Shown here: piece by piece, positions 9,121 to 17,908 of the stretch
Layout: every line of letters begins with the position of its first letter
Numbering within the stretch: position 1 is the stretch's first letter
IMG/VR virus record: IMGVR_UViG_3300006163_000001
From: a virus
Length of the DNA: 64,000 nucleotides
Strand: one strand, 5' to 3'
Translations under genes and position numbers: made by a program
Notes under the pieces: generated by a model
What the model was told of the DNA's origin: nothing
What the model saw: only the letters and a program-made list of their open reading frames with translations
Database searches by the model: none

Positions 9121-9338
9121 GGCGCCTCCAGTCCGAGCGCGGCGAGGAGTTCGAGGACCCCGGCGGCCACTGCCGGGTCTTTGGCGATGAGCCGGCCGGA
9201 CAGGCGCGGCATGCAGTCGTCCAGCGGGTGCGGGTGTTCGGCGGCGACCCGGTCGGCGCAGTGCACGGCCGCGGCCCGGCGGACGGCTGCCGTGAGGTCG
9301 CCGACGACGAGGGCCTCCTGCTTCAGCTCGGAGCCCAT
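9117..9338 (-). CDS. Hypothetical protein (73 aa)
   Basis: ATG at 9338, in the operon frame. Confidence 0.5.
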   Translation of the reverse strand: MGSELKQEALVVGDLTAAVRRAAAVHCADRVAAEHPHPLDDCMPRLSGRLIAKDPAVAAGVLELLAALGLEAP

Positions 9339-9484
9339 CAGGCCTCCTGGCTGAGTCGTTCGAGGTAGGCCTCGTAGGAGTCGTCGGTGGTGTCGGGTTC
9401 CGGCGGCGTCTGGCCGAGCCAGGCGGCGAGGCCGGGGACGACGATCGTCGGAGGCAGGGCGGCCAGGTCGATGACGGCACTCAC
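9338..9484 (-). CDS. Hypothetical small protein (48 aa)
   Basis: GTG at 9484 after GGAGG, in a GTGA overlap with the upstream ORF. Confidence 0.4.
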   Translation of the reverse strand: MSAVIDLAALPPTIVVPGLAAWLGQTPPEPDTTDDSYEAYLERLSQEA

Positions 9485-9660
9485 GAGGCCTCCGCCCATC
9501 CGAATTCGGCGTGCACGGCGTTGATTTCGTCGAAGTAGTCGCGCCACTGTTGCGGCGTCCACAGGGCTTCGTCGCAGCCGAAGTCGGCGTGCAGGCGCTG
9601 GTCGACACGGGCCAGCTCGGACACCTCGGCGTCCGCAGGGCGGGGAAGGGCGGTCGCCAT
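9481..9660 (-). CDS. Hypothetical small protein (59 aa)
   Basis: ATG at 9660. MATALPRPADAEVSELARVDQRLHADFGCDEALW...; below the ORF-track length cutoff. Confidence 0.4.
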   Translation of the reverse strand: MATALPRPADAEVSELARVDQRLHADFGCDEALWTPQQWRDYFDEINAVHAEFGWAEAS

Positions 9661-9661
9661 C

Positions 9662-9913
9662 TCACGCCACCTCCGGGAGCTTCTTGATCTGCTCCTGCCG
9701 CTGCACCCACGCCTTGAGTTCGGCGACGGCGGTCTCCAGCTCTTCGAGCGCCTCGACGGGCGAGCGGGTGACGGAGATGGCGATGGACTGGGTGCCCTCG
9801 CCGAGGACGAGGCGGGCGTTCGGCTTGCCGTCGAAGTCGCTACGCGAGTACTGGGTGCGGATCGGCCCGTCGAGCAGGTCGAGGGCGATGCCGCCGTACA
9901 GCTGGGCAGTCAC
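9662..9913 (-). CDS. Hypothetical protein (83 aa)
   Basis: GTG at 9913 in a GTGA overlap with the upstream ORF. Confidence 0.5.
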   Translation of the reverse strand: MTAQLYGGIALDLLDGPIRTQYSRSDFDGKPNARLVLGEGTQSIAISVTRSPVEALEELETAVAELKAWVQRQEQIKKLPEVA

Positions 9914-10458
9914 GATGCCTCCTTGGGCGGGAAGATTTCGGGGTGGTCGGCCTTCCACTGCAGCCAGTTGGTCATCGGCTTGTCGGTGATGGTGTGGACG
10001 CGGTCCATGACCTGCTCCAGCGACAGTTGGCCGGTCGCCTCGCGGCTGGGGGATCCGGCCGGGCCGGGCACGAACGTCGGCCCGTAGATCCACGAGCAGC
10101 GGCGGTATCCCCAGTCGTCCACCCCGTACTTGATGAAGACGGTGGTGTTCCAGCCGGAGTCGATGTCGAGGGGCCGCTGGTCCATCTTTCGGGCGTAGCC
10201 CTCGTTGCCGAACCAGTAGTTGCGGTGCTCCAGCAGGAAGGAGACGAGCATCTGGGCCTCGGCGTCCGTGGGGCGCTCGGCGGATGCGAACGGCCACGGC
10301 GGGTCGAAGGTGTTGCCGGTGTCGGCGCTCGTCCCGAGGTAGGCGGCGACGTAGCGCCACGCCGGGTTGAAGCTGGTGACGACCGGGATTCGCAGCGCGG
10401 TCAGCGGGTCGTCCTGGATGGCGTCCGTGCCGAACGGCCACGCCTTGGTTGCGGTCAC
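9910..10458 (-). CDS. Hypothetical protein (182 aa, Trp-rich)
   Basis: Clean ORF with no recognisable motif. Confidence 0.6.
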   Translation of the reverse strand: MTATKAWPFGTDAIQDDPLTALRIPVVTSFNPAWRYVAAYLGTSADTGNTFDPPWPFASAERPTDAEAQMLVSFLLEHRNYWFGNEGYARKMDQRPLDIDSGWNTTVFIKYGVDDWGYRRCSWIYGPTFVPGPAGSPSREATGQLSLEQVMDRVHTITDKPMTNWLQWKADHPEIFPPKEAS

Positions 10459-10655
10459 TTCGTCGCCTCCTTGGGCGTGCAGGCACAGGTTTCGGGGTGG
10501 GCGCAGGCCATCTGGTCGAAGACCCGCTCGTACCAGTCCGCGGGCTGCTGGACCGGGGTGTGGCCGAACGGCGGTGCGGCCAGCAGGGACTGCAGGGCGG
10601 CGTCCGCCTCCACGGCGGGCAGCGGCACATCCAAGGCGGCGATCGGGAGGGTCAT
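10455..10655 (-). CDS. Hypothetical protein (66 aa)
   Basis: ATG at 10655, coupled on both sides. Confidence 0.45.
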   Translation of the reverse strand: MTLPIAALDVPLPAVEADAALQSLLAAPPFGHTPVQQPADWYERVFDQMACAHPETCACTPKEATK

Positions 10656-10933
10656 GACGTGGCCTCCTCGTCGAGGGGCGGACGGCCCGGGATGTCGATG
10701 CCCTCGCCGAGCGCGGGCAGGTTGTAGGAGGCGAGCACGGTCTGCCACTTGCGGCGGAACCGGGCGGCCCGCCACAGCGACCACGCTGTGGTGACCGCCT
10801 CCGACAGCAGCAGCGTCGTCATCAGCGACGGGACATCGCCCGTGGCCGCCAGCCAGACACCGTTCGCGACCAGACCGCCAGCAACGCCGGAGGCGGCAGC
10901 CTCGACGATCAGACGCAGGATCGGGCGCTTCAT
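10652..10933 (-). CDS. Membrane protein (2-3 predicted TM segments)
   Basis: 93 aa with hydrophobic stretches AAASGVAGGLVANGVWLAA and LMTTLLLSEAVTTAWSLW. Confidence 0.55.
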   Translation of the reverse strand: MKRPILRLIVEAAASGVAGGLVANGVWLAATGDVPSLMTTLLLSEAVTTAWSLWRAARFRRKWQTVLASYNLPALGEGIDIPGRPPLDEEATS

Positions 10934-11538
10934 GCGGCCACCGCCTTACGGGCGGCGTCCCACACGTCGATGCCGTGGCGGATCGCGTAGCAGGAGTGCA
11001 GGAAGCCTGGCGTGTAGTCGCTGAAGTCCCATTCCGGCAGATCGCCGAAGTCCCAGCCCTCGTGCCGGAAGTCCGCCAGGGCTGCGCGGGCACCAGCCTC
11101 GTGACTGATGTCGCCCATCTCGAAGATCTCGCGGGTGACCTCGGCGCCGATACCGCGCGGCGCCTCGCCCTCACGGATGGAGTGAACGACGTAACGCTTG
11201 ACTTGCTGCTCGAAGAGGTCGTCACTGAAGCCCTCGACCTCGTCGCGTCCAGCGCGGACCTTCTCCGACCAGTAGCCGGGGTTGATCTGGCCCGTCAGTG
11301 CGGTGCGGCGGAACAGGTCGAACATGTCCGGGGTGGCGTCGATGTCGAAGTGGAACGTCCAGCCCGTCTTGACGACGAGGTTGTACGGCCACGTGATGAG
11401 CTCGAACGCGCCGAACGAGCCGTGCTCCGGGTTCATGAACTTCAGGTGCCGGTAGAGGCCTTCGTCGTGCTTGACGGTCATCTCGTGGGCGGCCGTCTCC
11501 CGGGCGAACCGGGCAGCGATCTCCGGGTAGGCGGTCAT
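10930..11538 (-). CDS. Hypothetical protein (202 aa)
   Basis: Well-behaved ORF with an ATGA overlap to the downstream gene. Confidence 0.6.
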   Translation of the reverse strand: MTAYPEIAARFARETAAHEMTVKHDEGLYRHLKFMNPEHGSFGAFELITWPYNLVVKTGWTFHFDIDATPDMFDLFRRTALTGQINPGYWSEKVRAGRDEVEGFSDDLFEQQVKRYVVHSIREGEAPRGIGAEVTREIFEMGDISHEAGARAALADFRHEGWDFGDLPEWDFSDYTPGFLHSCYAIRHGIDVWDAARKAVAA

Positions 11539-11756
11539 GCCGCACCTCCGGCCGTGTCGGCGGGGTGGTATTCGATGCGGCCGTCGCCGTACACCGTCAC
11601 CGCGGCGACAGCACCCTCCATCGACGCGCCAGGACCGTGAGACCCGAACTGCGCCACCTTCAACAAGCCGCCGAACGACGGCGAGATGTGCAGGTACTCC
11701 GTGTCCGAGTCGATCCGCTCAACCAGCGGAGACTCACCAGGGACCGGGGCGGTCAT
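11535..11756 (-). CDS. Hypothetical protein (73 aa)
   Basis: Coupled ORF. Confidence 0.5.
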   Translation of the reverse strand: MTAPVPGESPLVERIDSDTEYLHISPSFGGLLKVAQFGSHGPGASMEGAVAAVTVYGDGRIEYHPADTAGGAA

Positions 11757-12277
11757 CGGACACCGCCCGACTCGCCGAGGCGGATCAGCGCGGACGGGTA
11801 GTGGCCGCCACCCTTCAGCGGGTCGATCTCGTCGGCCGCGTTACGCATGGTCGACGCGGTCTCGGTCATGGTCCCGAGCGCGCCATCCAGCTTGGCGGCC
11901 GTCATACGCAAGTCCTTCGCGGCTTCCTCGACGGCCCGGTTGCCAATGGCCCGCTGATAGTTCAAGTGCACGTCCTCTGCGAGGCGGGCGGCCAGGAAGC
12001 GGTGCACCTCGGACGGCGTGACGGAGAAGCGGGACAGGTACTGCGCCTCGCCGATGACGTTCTCGTCGATGGAGAGCAGCGAGAGGATCCGGTTCAGCTC
12101 GTACTGAGCGGCGAGCGCCTCGGTGCCCGGGTCGGCGGAGTCGTCCATGAAGTGCTGGAGCTGGACAGAGACGCGCTTCGCTGCGGCGGCCAGCTCGTCA
12201 CGCTCGATCGTGAGGCGCTCGATCTCGCGGGCCATCTCGTTGCCAGCCAGGGTGACGTTCGTCAGCTCGATACTCAT
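11753..12277 (-). CDS. Hypothetical coiled-coil protein (174 aa)
   Basis: Coupled ORF. Confidence 0.55.
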   Translation of the reverse strand: MSIELTNVTLAGNEMAREIERLTIERDELAAAAKRVSVQLQHFMDDSADPGTEALAAQYELNRILSLLSIDENVIGEAQYLSRFSVTPSEVHRFLAARLAEDVHLNYQRAIGNRAVEEAAKDLRMTAAKLDGALGTMTETASTMRNAADEIDPLKGGGHYPSALIRLGESGGVR

Positions 12278-12639
12278 GCGGCACCGTCCGAGCAGGTGCA
12301 GTTGGAGCTGATGCCGCCGACGTAGGCGCAGTCCGAGTCGTGGCCGCCGTTGGGCGGGAAGGGCTCCTCGGTGCGGGCCGCGTACAGGGCTTCGCGGTGG
12401 TCGTCCATCGCGGCGTCGCGGTTGCCCGCCTTCTTGGACGACCTGTTGATCACGTAGCCACCGAGGAGGAACCCGGCGTGCCTCTTGTCGTCGCTCTCGT
12501 CGAAGATGACGGTGTCGTAGTAGCCGCCGCCGATACGGACGGTCGACACGAGCAGGTCCTTGGTCCCGGACTTGACCGGCGTCTGCCGGACGATCTCGGG
12601 AAGTCGGTTACGGGATGAGACCATGTTCATCAGGTCCAC
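12274..12639 (-). CDS. Hypothetical protein (121 aa)
   Basis: GTG at 12639. First long gene after the switch region. Confidence 0.55.
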   Translation of the reverse strand: MDLMNMVSSRNRLPEIVRQTPVKSGTKDLLVSTVRIGGGYYDTVIFDESDDKRHAGFLLGGYVINRSSKKAGNRDAAMDDHREALYAARTEEPFPPNGGHDSDCAYVGGISSNCTCSDGAA

Positions 12640-12736
12640 TCCGGTTTCTCTCAGGGATGTGTGGGTGGATCGGTGCGGCCGAGGCCGCGACGCCCCTGCT
12701 GCCGGTGTGTGAAGGCCCGGCGTGGGGGCGTTTTGC

Positions 12737-12991
12737 CTAGGCGGCGGCGCGGGTGCGGCGCTGGCGGGGCACGGTGGGCCCTATGCGGCTGGCCTCGTAG
12801 TAGGCGGCAATGTCGGTGTCGCTAATGCGGATGACTCCGCCGGGAACTTCCTGGCTGTAGCCGAGGCGGCCGGCCTTCAGGAGGCGGTGCACTGTGCGGA
12901 CGCTGCACTTGAGGATCGCGGCGGTCTCGCGGACGCTGTGGTAGCGCAGGGCGGTCACAGTGGGGGTCTGGGGGGACTGGCTGGTAGCCAT
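12737..12991 (-). CDS. Excisionase/MerR-type HTH DNA-binding protein
   Basis: RETAAILKCSVRTVHRLLKAGRLGY...IRISDTDI, an HTH_17-like pattern. Confidence 0.7.
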   Translation of the reverse strand: MATSQSPQTPTVTALRYHSVRETAAILKCSVRTVHRLLKAGRLGYSQEVPGGVIRISDTDIAAYYEASRIGPTVPRQRRTRAAA

Positions 12992-12992
12992 T

Positions 12993-13238
12993 TCACTTCC
13001 TTTCTGGGGGGTCCGTGTGGGGGGCGAGGAGTTCGGTGTCGGTCGCGTTCAGGGCGGCTCGGAGTGCCTGGTAGGGGCCAGGTCTCATGCGGGTGCGGTC
13101 GCCGCGCTCTACCTTTCGGAGGTAGTTGGCGGTGATGCCGACCTTGTCGGCGAGCTGCTGGACGTCCATCCCCGCGTTCATGCGTCTGGTGCAGATAGCC
13201 GTCCCGTCCACCGTGAAGGTGGTTGGGGTTTGTGCCAT
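12993..13238 (-). CDS. Cro-like XRE-family HTH regulator
   Basis: DVQQLADKVGITANYLRKVERGDR. Divergent from the CI-like gene. Confidence 0.75.
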   Translation of the reverse strand: MAQTPTTFTVDGTAICTRRMNAGMDVQQLADKVGITANYLRKVERGDRTRMRPGPYQALRAALNATDTELLAPHTDPPERK

Positions 13239-13252
13239 GCGTAGAAGTTACC

Positions 13253-13327
13253 CACAGATGCCCACGCTGTCTAGCCATAGATGACCCTAGAGGGTCACCT
13301 GTTGCCACTAGATGGCCGTAGATGCCC
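13253..13327. promoter_or_regulatory. Cro/CI intergenic operator region
   Basis: Perfect 16-bp palindrome TGACCCTAGAGGGTCA (13282-13297) plus four AGATGNCC repeats (AGATG at 13256, 13279, 13309, 13320). Locally low GC. Confidence 0.55.
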
Positions 13328-13414
13328 TCTGAGCTGGGCAAATGGAGGGGCGAGTTTGGGTCTAAGTAGCCCCTAGTCCTGGCTGGTCCCCGCCAGTCCT
13401 GCCAAGATGAGGGC

Positions 13415-13849
13415 ATGCCCTCCGTTGTTGATCACGACTTCGACCGTCTGGCGCGACTCGCCCGCAGCCGTCGCGCCGATCTCGGCCTGGCCCTGAACGA
13501 CATCAACGCCAAAGCCGCCGGCATGTCCAAGCACACGTGGCAGCGCGTCGAGAAGGGCCTGCCTATCCGGGAGACCAACTACGTCAAGATCGATGGAGTC
13601 CTTCAGTGGGCACCTGGCAGCTGCCTGAACGTCCTGAAGGGGGGCGAGCCCACGCCCGTGGAGGAGCTGAAGGACCCGGATGCCGCCAGCGTCCAGAAGT
13701 CGCCTCTCCCTCGGGAGATTCTCGACCGGGAGGCCTTGGACGCCGTGCAGCTGGCGCTCATCGCGACAGCGAAGGGGACACCCGCGGAGGAGATCCGCGA
13801 GATGAGTGAGCGTGTAGTGCGCGACTTGCGTGAACGCGGCCTGATCTAG
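13415..13849 (+). CDS. CI-like XRE-family repressor
   Basis: N-terminal HTH (LNDINAKAAGMSKHTWQRVEKG) with a C-terminal extension. Divergent from the Cro-like gene. Confidence 0.7.
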   Translation: MPSVVDHDFDRLARLARSRRADLGLALNDINAKAAGMSKHTWQRVEKGLPIRETNYVKIDGVLQWAPGSCLNVLKGGEPTPVEELKDPDAASVQKSPLPREILDREALDAVQLALIATAKGTPAEEIREMSERVVRDLRERGLI

Positions 13850-13922
13850 GCGAAGTTCACTCATTCGACGTACAACTATTTGCATTTACCGTTTTGTTAC
13901 TTCAATTGCACAAGCCACTTCG

Positions 13923-13948
13923 GTCCCACATAGTCCCAACAGGTCCCA
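13923..13948 (+). repeat. Three 10-bp-phased GTCCCA direct repeats
   Basis: GTCCCA at 13923, 13933 and 13943, in an AT-richer spacer upstream of the small ORF and int. Confidence 0.6.
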
Positions 13949-14009
13949 AACGTGGCAGAGTCGTGACACGTCCTCGGAGGCTTCCCTACAGGCGACTTAA
14001 GGGGGAGCC

Positions 14010-14213
14010 ATGCTGCAAAACAGCGCGATCGTCGTCGACTACGGGCCAAAGTTTGACGGGACAGCGGTTCGGACCGGCGACGGAATCGTCTGCGTGGTTC
14101 CGAGCCAGATACGCCAGAGACCAGAAGTGCGGGCCTCGATGGCGGAACTGGTGAGGGACCTCGGTGGTGAATGCGGTCACTGTGCAGCCTGCCCCCTCGG
14201 GCAGGCAGGCTGA
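14010..14213 (+). CDS. Small Cys-containing protein (67 aa)
   Basis: ATG after GGGGGAG. GC3 is lower than in neighbours, so coding status is uncertain. Confidence 0.35.
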   Translation: MLQNSAIVVDYGPKFDGTAVRTGDGIVCVVPSQIRQRPEVRASMAELVRDLGGECGHCAACPLGQAG

Positions 14214-14290
14214 GCGACCATGATTGATGCGGAGTCCCGGCAGCAGGGGTGCCTGCCGGACTACCGCACCACCACGACAAGGGGGCGAGT

Positions 14291-15574
14291 ATGGCCAGAC
14301 GAGCGCGAGACGTCTACGTCGAATGGCGCGGCGGCACATGCCGCGTGAAGTGGTGGACCGGCGAGTACCACGACGACGGCCGCAAACGCTTCGAGTCCAA
14401 GGGCGGCTTCACCGACGAGGACGAAGCCTACGACTACGGCCTCGACAAGATGAGCGAGATCCGGCACGGCACTGGGGTCTCCAACCGCGACGGCGCCACC
14501 CTCATGACGGACTGGATCGAGGACTGGTTCGCGGCCACGGACCACACCTATACGACACACAAGAGCTACAAGGCCATCATCAACAAGCACATTCGCCCGT
14601 ACTTCCGCGGCAAGACCGTCGGCGAGGTCGACGTCATCGCCTACCGGGCCTTCCGGATGCACATCCAGAAGAAGCTGCCGGCGGCGGGAAGCGTGCGCAA
14701 CGTCATGATGGTGCTGAATATGATCCTCGACGATGCGGTTCCCCGACTCATCAAGGTTTCGCCCGTCGAGCGCAAGCGGCAGCGCGGCCGGTACGTCAAG
14801 AAGACGCAGCGGGAACGCAAGCGGGACATGGACATCGCCGCCGTCGACCAGCTGGCACGCAACGCCGAGGTCGTCTTCGGCTACCCGGGCTACGTCATGA
14901 TGTGGACGATGGCCGTGACCGGCATGCGGCCTGGCGAGCTCTTCGGCCTGCGCCGCGAGTACTGCTACCCCAACTGGCCGGCCAACGACCCCCGCCCGGA
15001 TCCGGATGAACAGGAACGGTACGAGGACGACGTGCTCCGCTACGGCAAGGGTGAAGGGCTCATGCCGGCCATTCGCGTGCAGCAGCAGGTGCAGCAGGAG
15101 AAGGGGCGACTGGCTGAAGTGCCGCCGAAGTACTTCTCCTACCGGACGCTGGTGGTACCTCAGTTCCTGGCGGACATGCTGGAGAAGCTGCTGGCCTCGC
15201 ACGACAGGCAGTGGGTCTTCCCTGCCATCGAGGGCGGATGCTTGGGGACGGCACGGTTCTCGGCCGACTACTGGCCGCCCATCTCGCAGGGCGCCGAGGA
15301 GCGCAAGAAGGTCCGCGGCGGACGGAATCAGCGGCCCGTGATTCCTGTCGTGCCCGACTTCGACGGCAAGCGCATGTACTTGCTCAGGCACGGCCACAAG
15401 GCATGGCTGGACGAGGACGGGCACAGCCGGTTCGCGGTGGAGTCCCGGATGGGCCACGAGGTGCCGGGAGTTGAGGGCACGTACAGCAGCGTGACCGTGC
15501 CGATGGAGCGTGCGATTATGGCGGCGCTGCAGGAGCGCTGGGAGAGGCACCAGGAGGACCGAGACGGCTCCTGA
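14291..15574 (+). CDS. int: Tyrosine integrase
   Basis: ATG at 14291 after AAGGGGG. C-terminal catalytic pattern LRHGHKAWL...MGHEVPGVEGTYSS (R..HxxR..Y) and an N-terminal SAM-like domain. Confidence 0.9.
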   Translation: MARRARDVYVEWRGGTCRVKWWTGEYHDDGRKRFESKGGFTDEDEAYDYGLDKMSEIRHGTGVSNRDGATLMTDWIEDWFAATDHTYTTHKSYKAIINKHIRPYFRGKTVGEVDVIAYRAFRMHIQKKLPAAGSVRNVMMVLNMILDDAVPRLIKVSPVERKRQRGRYVKKTQRERKRDMDIAAVDQLARNAEVVFGYPGYVMMWTMAVTGMRPGELFGLRREYCYPNWPANDPRPDPDEQERYEDDVLRYGKGEGLMPAIRVQQQVQQEKGRLAEVPPKYFSYRTLVVPQFLADMLEKLLASHDRQWVFPAIEGGCLGTARFSADYWPPISQGAEERKKVRGGRNQRPVIPVVPDFDGKRMYLLRHGHKAWLDEDGHSRFAVESRMGHEVPGVEGTYSSVTVPMERAIMAALQERWERHQEDRDGS

Positions 15575-15635
15575 TGCCGGGCCGATTTCCCAGTTCTTTC
15601 CCATTCCGGGTTGTTTGATCAAGGGAACCCGAGGT

Positions 15636-15821
15636 CAGTCCCCTCCAGTCCCTCACCCTTCGGTGTTCCTGCAGAACAACTGAGCTGATCCAATGGGATC
15701 TTTGCGGCCTGCATGATTGTCGGCCACCAGGCCTGTGAGCAGTACCTTTCCTGCTGCACACTTGCCATGTGTGGCCATGTATTGCCACGTGAAGCCATGA
15801 TCGTTTCCCACTCGTTTCCCA
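15636..15821 (+). repeat. Phased direct-repeat cluster (att arm-type sites or iterons)
   Basis: CAGTCCC x2 (15636, 15646), GCCA[TC]G[TA] x4 with an exact 10-bp period (15764-15800) and CGTTTCCCA x2 (15802, 15813). GC is lower than in flanking DNA. Confidence 0.6.
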
Positions 15822-15860
15822 GTGGCACACTGTGTCCTAGGCGACGCCCCCCACAGAGCG

Positions 15861-15914
15861 CCGGGCCCGACTCCCTGGGATGCCCTCGGAGGCAATGGCA
15901 GGAGTCGGGCCCGG
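15861..15914 (+). terminator. Long hairpin downstream of int
   Basis: CCGGGCCCGACTCC...GGAGTCGGGCCCGG, a 14-bp stem followed by CTTCTATTC. Confidence 0.4.
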
Positions 15915-16348
15915 CTTCTATTCAACGAGTGTCCCATGCGTCGATAACGACACAGGGGCTCCCGTCGAGGTTCACCACACGGCCGCAGACGGGCGCCCGC
16001 GCGGTGAACCTTCGGCGTCGCGGGACCTGAACCCCGCGGCGCCGAAGTCTTCAGTTGTCTCGCCGGCCTGTGTGGCCGCCGTTCCCATCGGATACCACCA
16101 ACATTCGTTGGTGATTCCTCGATTCACCCTTTCGAGCGAACACCAGTTCGACTGCGGACACTACCTGCCGCCCTGCGGCATATGCCAGTCCGCAGGGCTG
16201 CCAGTGGGGGGTTGGCAGTGGTGGTGCTGCGGGCCCGGTACGGGGCTCCGCATGTTCTACGGCGGCGGGCGGCTCGTCCGTCGCCGGGATTTCAAGAGCG
16301 ACAGTTTAGGTACTGACGCAAGATCGCTAGACGCTAACGCTTCGTCGG

Positions 16349-16591
16349 GTGCCAGCTCGCCGCAACCCACGACCCGACTGGGTCCGCATCCGCCAGATCG
16401 CCCTCGGTAAACGCATCGCCGACCTTCGCCGGGCCGCCGACCTCTCCCAGGAGGAGCTCGGCAACCGCATGGGTGTCGAGCGGCGAACCATCCAAAGGTA
16501 TGAGAACGCTGTGACTGATCCGCGCTATGCGGATCTGCTGCTCCTCGCTCGGGCGTTGCGTGTCCCGCTTGGTGATCTCATTGGCGGCTGA
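16349..16591 (+). CDS. XRE-family HTH regulator
   Basis: LSQEELGNRMGVERRTIQRYENAVTDP. Confidence 0.7.
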   Translation: MPARRNPRPDWVRIRQIALGKRIADLRRAADLSQEELGNRMGVERRTIQRYENAVTDPRYADLLLLARALRVPLGDLIGG

Positions 16592-16794
16592 GTTGCGGTG
16601 CGCGGCTACGGTTCCGAACCGCGCGCTGCTTTGATTTGTATTCAACGACACGTACCCGCCAAGTGACGGCGCTTTCTGCATATATCTGCGCGGGTCCTGT
16701 GGGCCGGATGTGAACGTCTCGCCGACCGTGATCCGTTGGCCAAACGTTCCGCCCGGTAACCCGTCCCGCCGCACCGCCCGCGACGGGGCGGGCG

Positions 16795-17040
16795 CTATGT
16801 CGTCCCGCGGTTGTACCGGCGGAGCGCCTCCCCGTCGGCCTTCTGGTAGGCGCTGTACAGGTCCTCGGCTTCGGTGCACTTCACGGCGTCGCGGCTGCGG
16901 CAGCTGGGGCAGTGGGTGGCGTGTTCGACGTAGGCACCCCAGGCTTCTTGTGGCGGGGTGAGGTGGGCGCCGGAGGCTATGAGACCGGATGGCGGCAGGC
17001 CGCTTTCGTACTCGGCGGGCGGGTCTCTACGATCGTCCAT
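16795..17040 (-). CDS. Hypothetical protein (81 aa, CPSC motif)
   Basis: ORF with high GC3. Confidence 0.45.
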   Translation of the reverse strand: MDDRRDPPAEYESGLPPSGLIASGAHLTPPQEAWGAYVEHATHCPSCRSRDAVKCTEAEDLYSAYQKADGEALRRYNRGTT

Positions 17041-17204
17041 GGCGGCGCTCCAGCGGTGTCGTCCACGCCCCTGGGCCGTTGTCGGCGGTCGCAGGGGTCT
17101 TTCTGTGAATTTGCAGGCTAGCCCGACTTGTATCGCTCTGTCTCGCGACGTCTCGATACGTAGCCCGAGATGCCGCCTTGTAGGTGGCTGCCTAGCTTCG
17201 GATC

Positions 17205-17468
17205 ATGACCGCTGATCCTGATGCCGAGATCGACCACGAAGGCCCGGTGACGCCATACCGGCAGCTCGCGGCCATCCTGAAGGCCAGGATCGCCCGCGGC
17301 GACTGGGCGGAAGGCAGGCCGATCGCGTCCGAGACGCGGCTGGTGCAGGAGTACGGGATCGCCCGGACGACCGTGCGGCGCGCCCTTGACGTCCTCGTCG
17401 ACGAGCGGGTCGTGTGGAAGGTGCAGGGGCGCGGCACCTACGTGGGACAGCCGCCCGCCGAGGGCTGA
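17205..17468 (+). CDS. GntR-family winged-HTH protein (DNA-binding domain only, 87 aa)
   Basis: YRQLAAILKARI...ETRLVQEYGIARTTVRRALDVLVDERVVWKVQGRGTYV. Confidence 0.8.
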   Translation: MTADPDAEIDHEGPVTPYRQLAAILKARIARGDWAEGRPIASETRLVQEYGIARTTVRRALDVLVDERVVWKVQGRGTYVGQPPAEG

Positions 17469-17504
17469 CGTGCCGAAGCCCCGCCGTAGCGGGGCTCGGG
17501 GGCA

Positions 17505-17696
17505 CTACGGTCGGGGTCCGAGGCGGTCGTCCCACGCCTTGGTGGGCAGGTCCTTCAGCCAGCGGGCGATGCATTCGCGGGCATAGTCGGCCTCGATGTC
17601 CTCGTCGTCCCACTGCTCGACCAGGCGCCCTGCGGCTTTGACGAGATGCTCGGCGACTTCGCGCTTCTGCCATGGCTTGCTCATCCCGACGGACAT
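17505..17696 (-). CDS. Hypothetical protein (63 aa)
   Basis: ATG at 17696 in a TGATG overlap with the upstream stop. Confidence 0.45.
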   Translation of the reverse strand: MSVGMSKPWQKREVAEHLVKAAGRLVEQWDDEDIEADYARECIARWLKDLPTKAWDDRLGPRP

Positions 17697-17908
17697 CAAC
17701 GAGTCTCCTTCTCGATCTCTTTGCATCTCCGGCAGGTGGGGAACTCGTTGAGCGCTTCCCAGCTGTTCACACGGCGCGGGAGCGGAGTGCCGCAGAGGGC
17801 GACGTTCTCCGCCCTGTCCTGCCACAGGCCACCCGCCACGAGGTGCTTGGTGCGCCCCCGGCGGGTCAGCCCCATGGACGGGTCCCAGTAGACGAGGTTC
17901 CGGCTCAT
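17696..17908 (-). CDS. Small zinc-ribbon-like protein (70 aa)
   Basis: ATGA coupling. Contains ...LCGTPLP...FPTCRRCKE. Confidence 0.5.
   Translation of the reverse strand: MSRNLVYWDPSMGLTRRGRTKHLVAGGLWQDRAENVALCGTPLPRRVNSWEALNEFPTCRRCKEIEKETR

Noticed and set aside
15880-16410. 176-aa plus-strand ORF in the post-integrase spacer
   Set aside because: Poor codon bias, no RBS, and it crosses several strong hairpins and the start of the XRE gene. The region is treated as non-coding.
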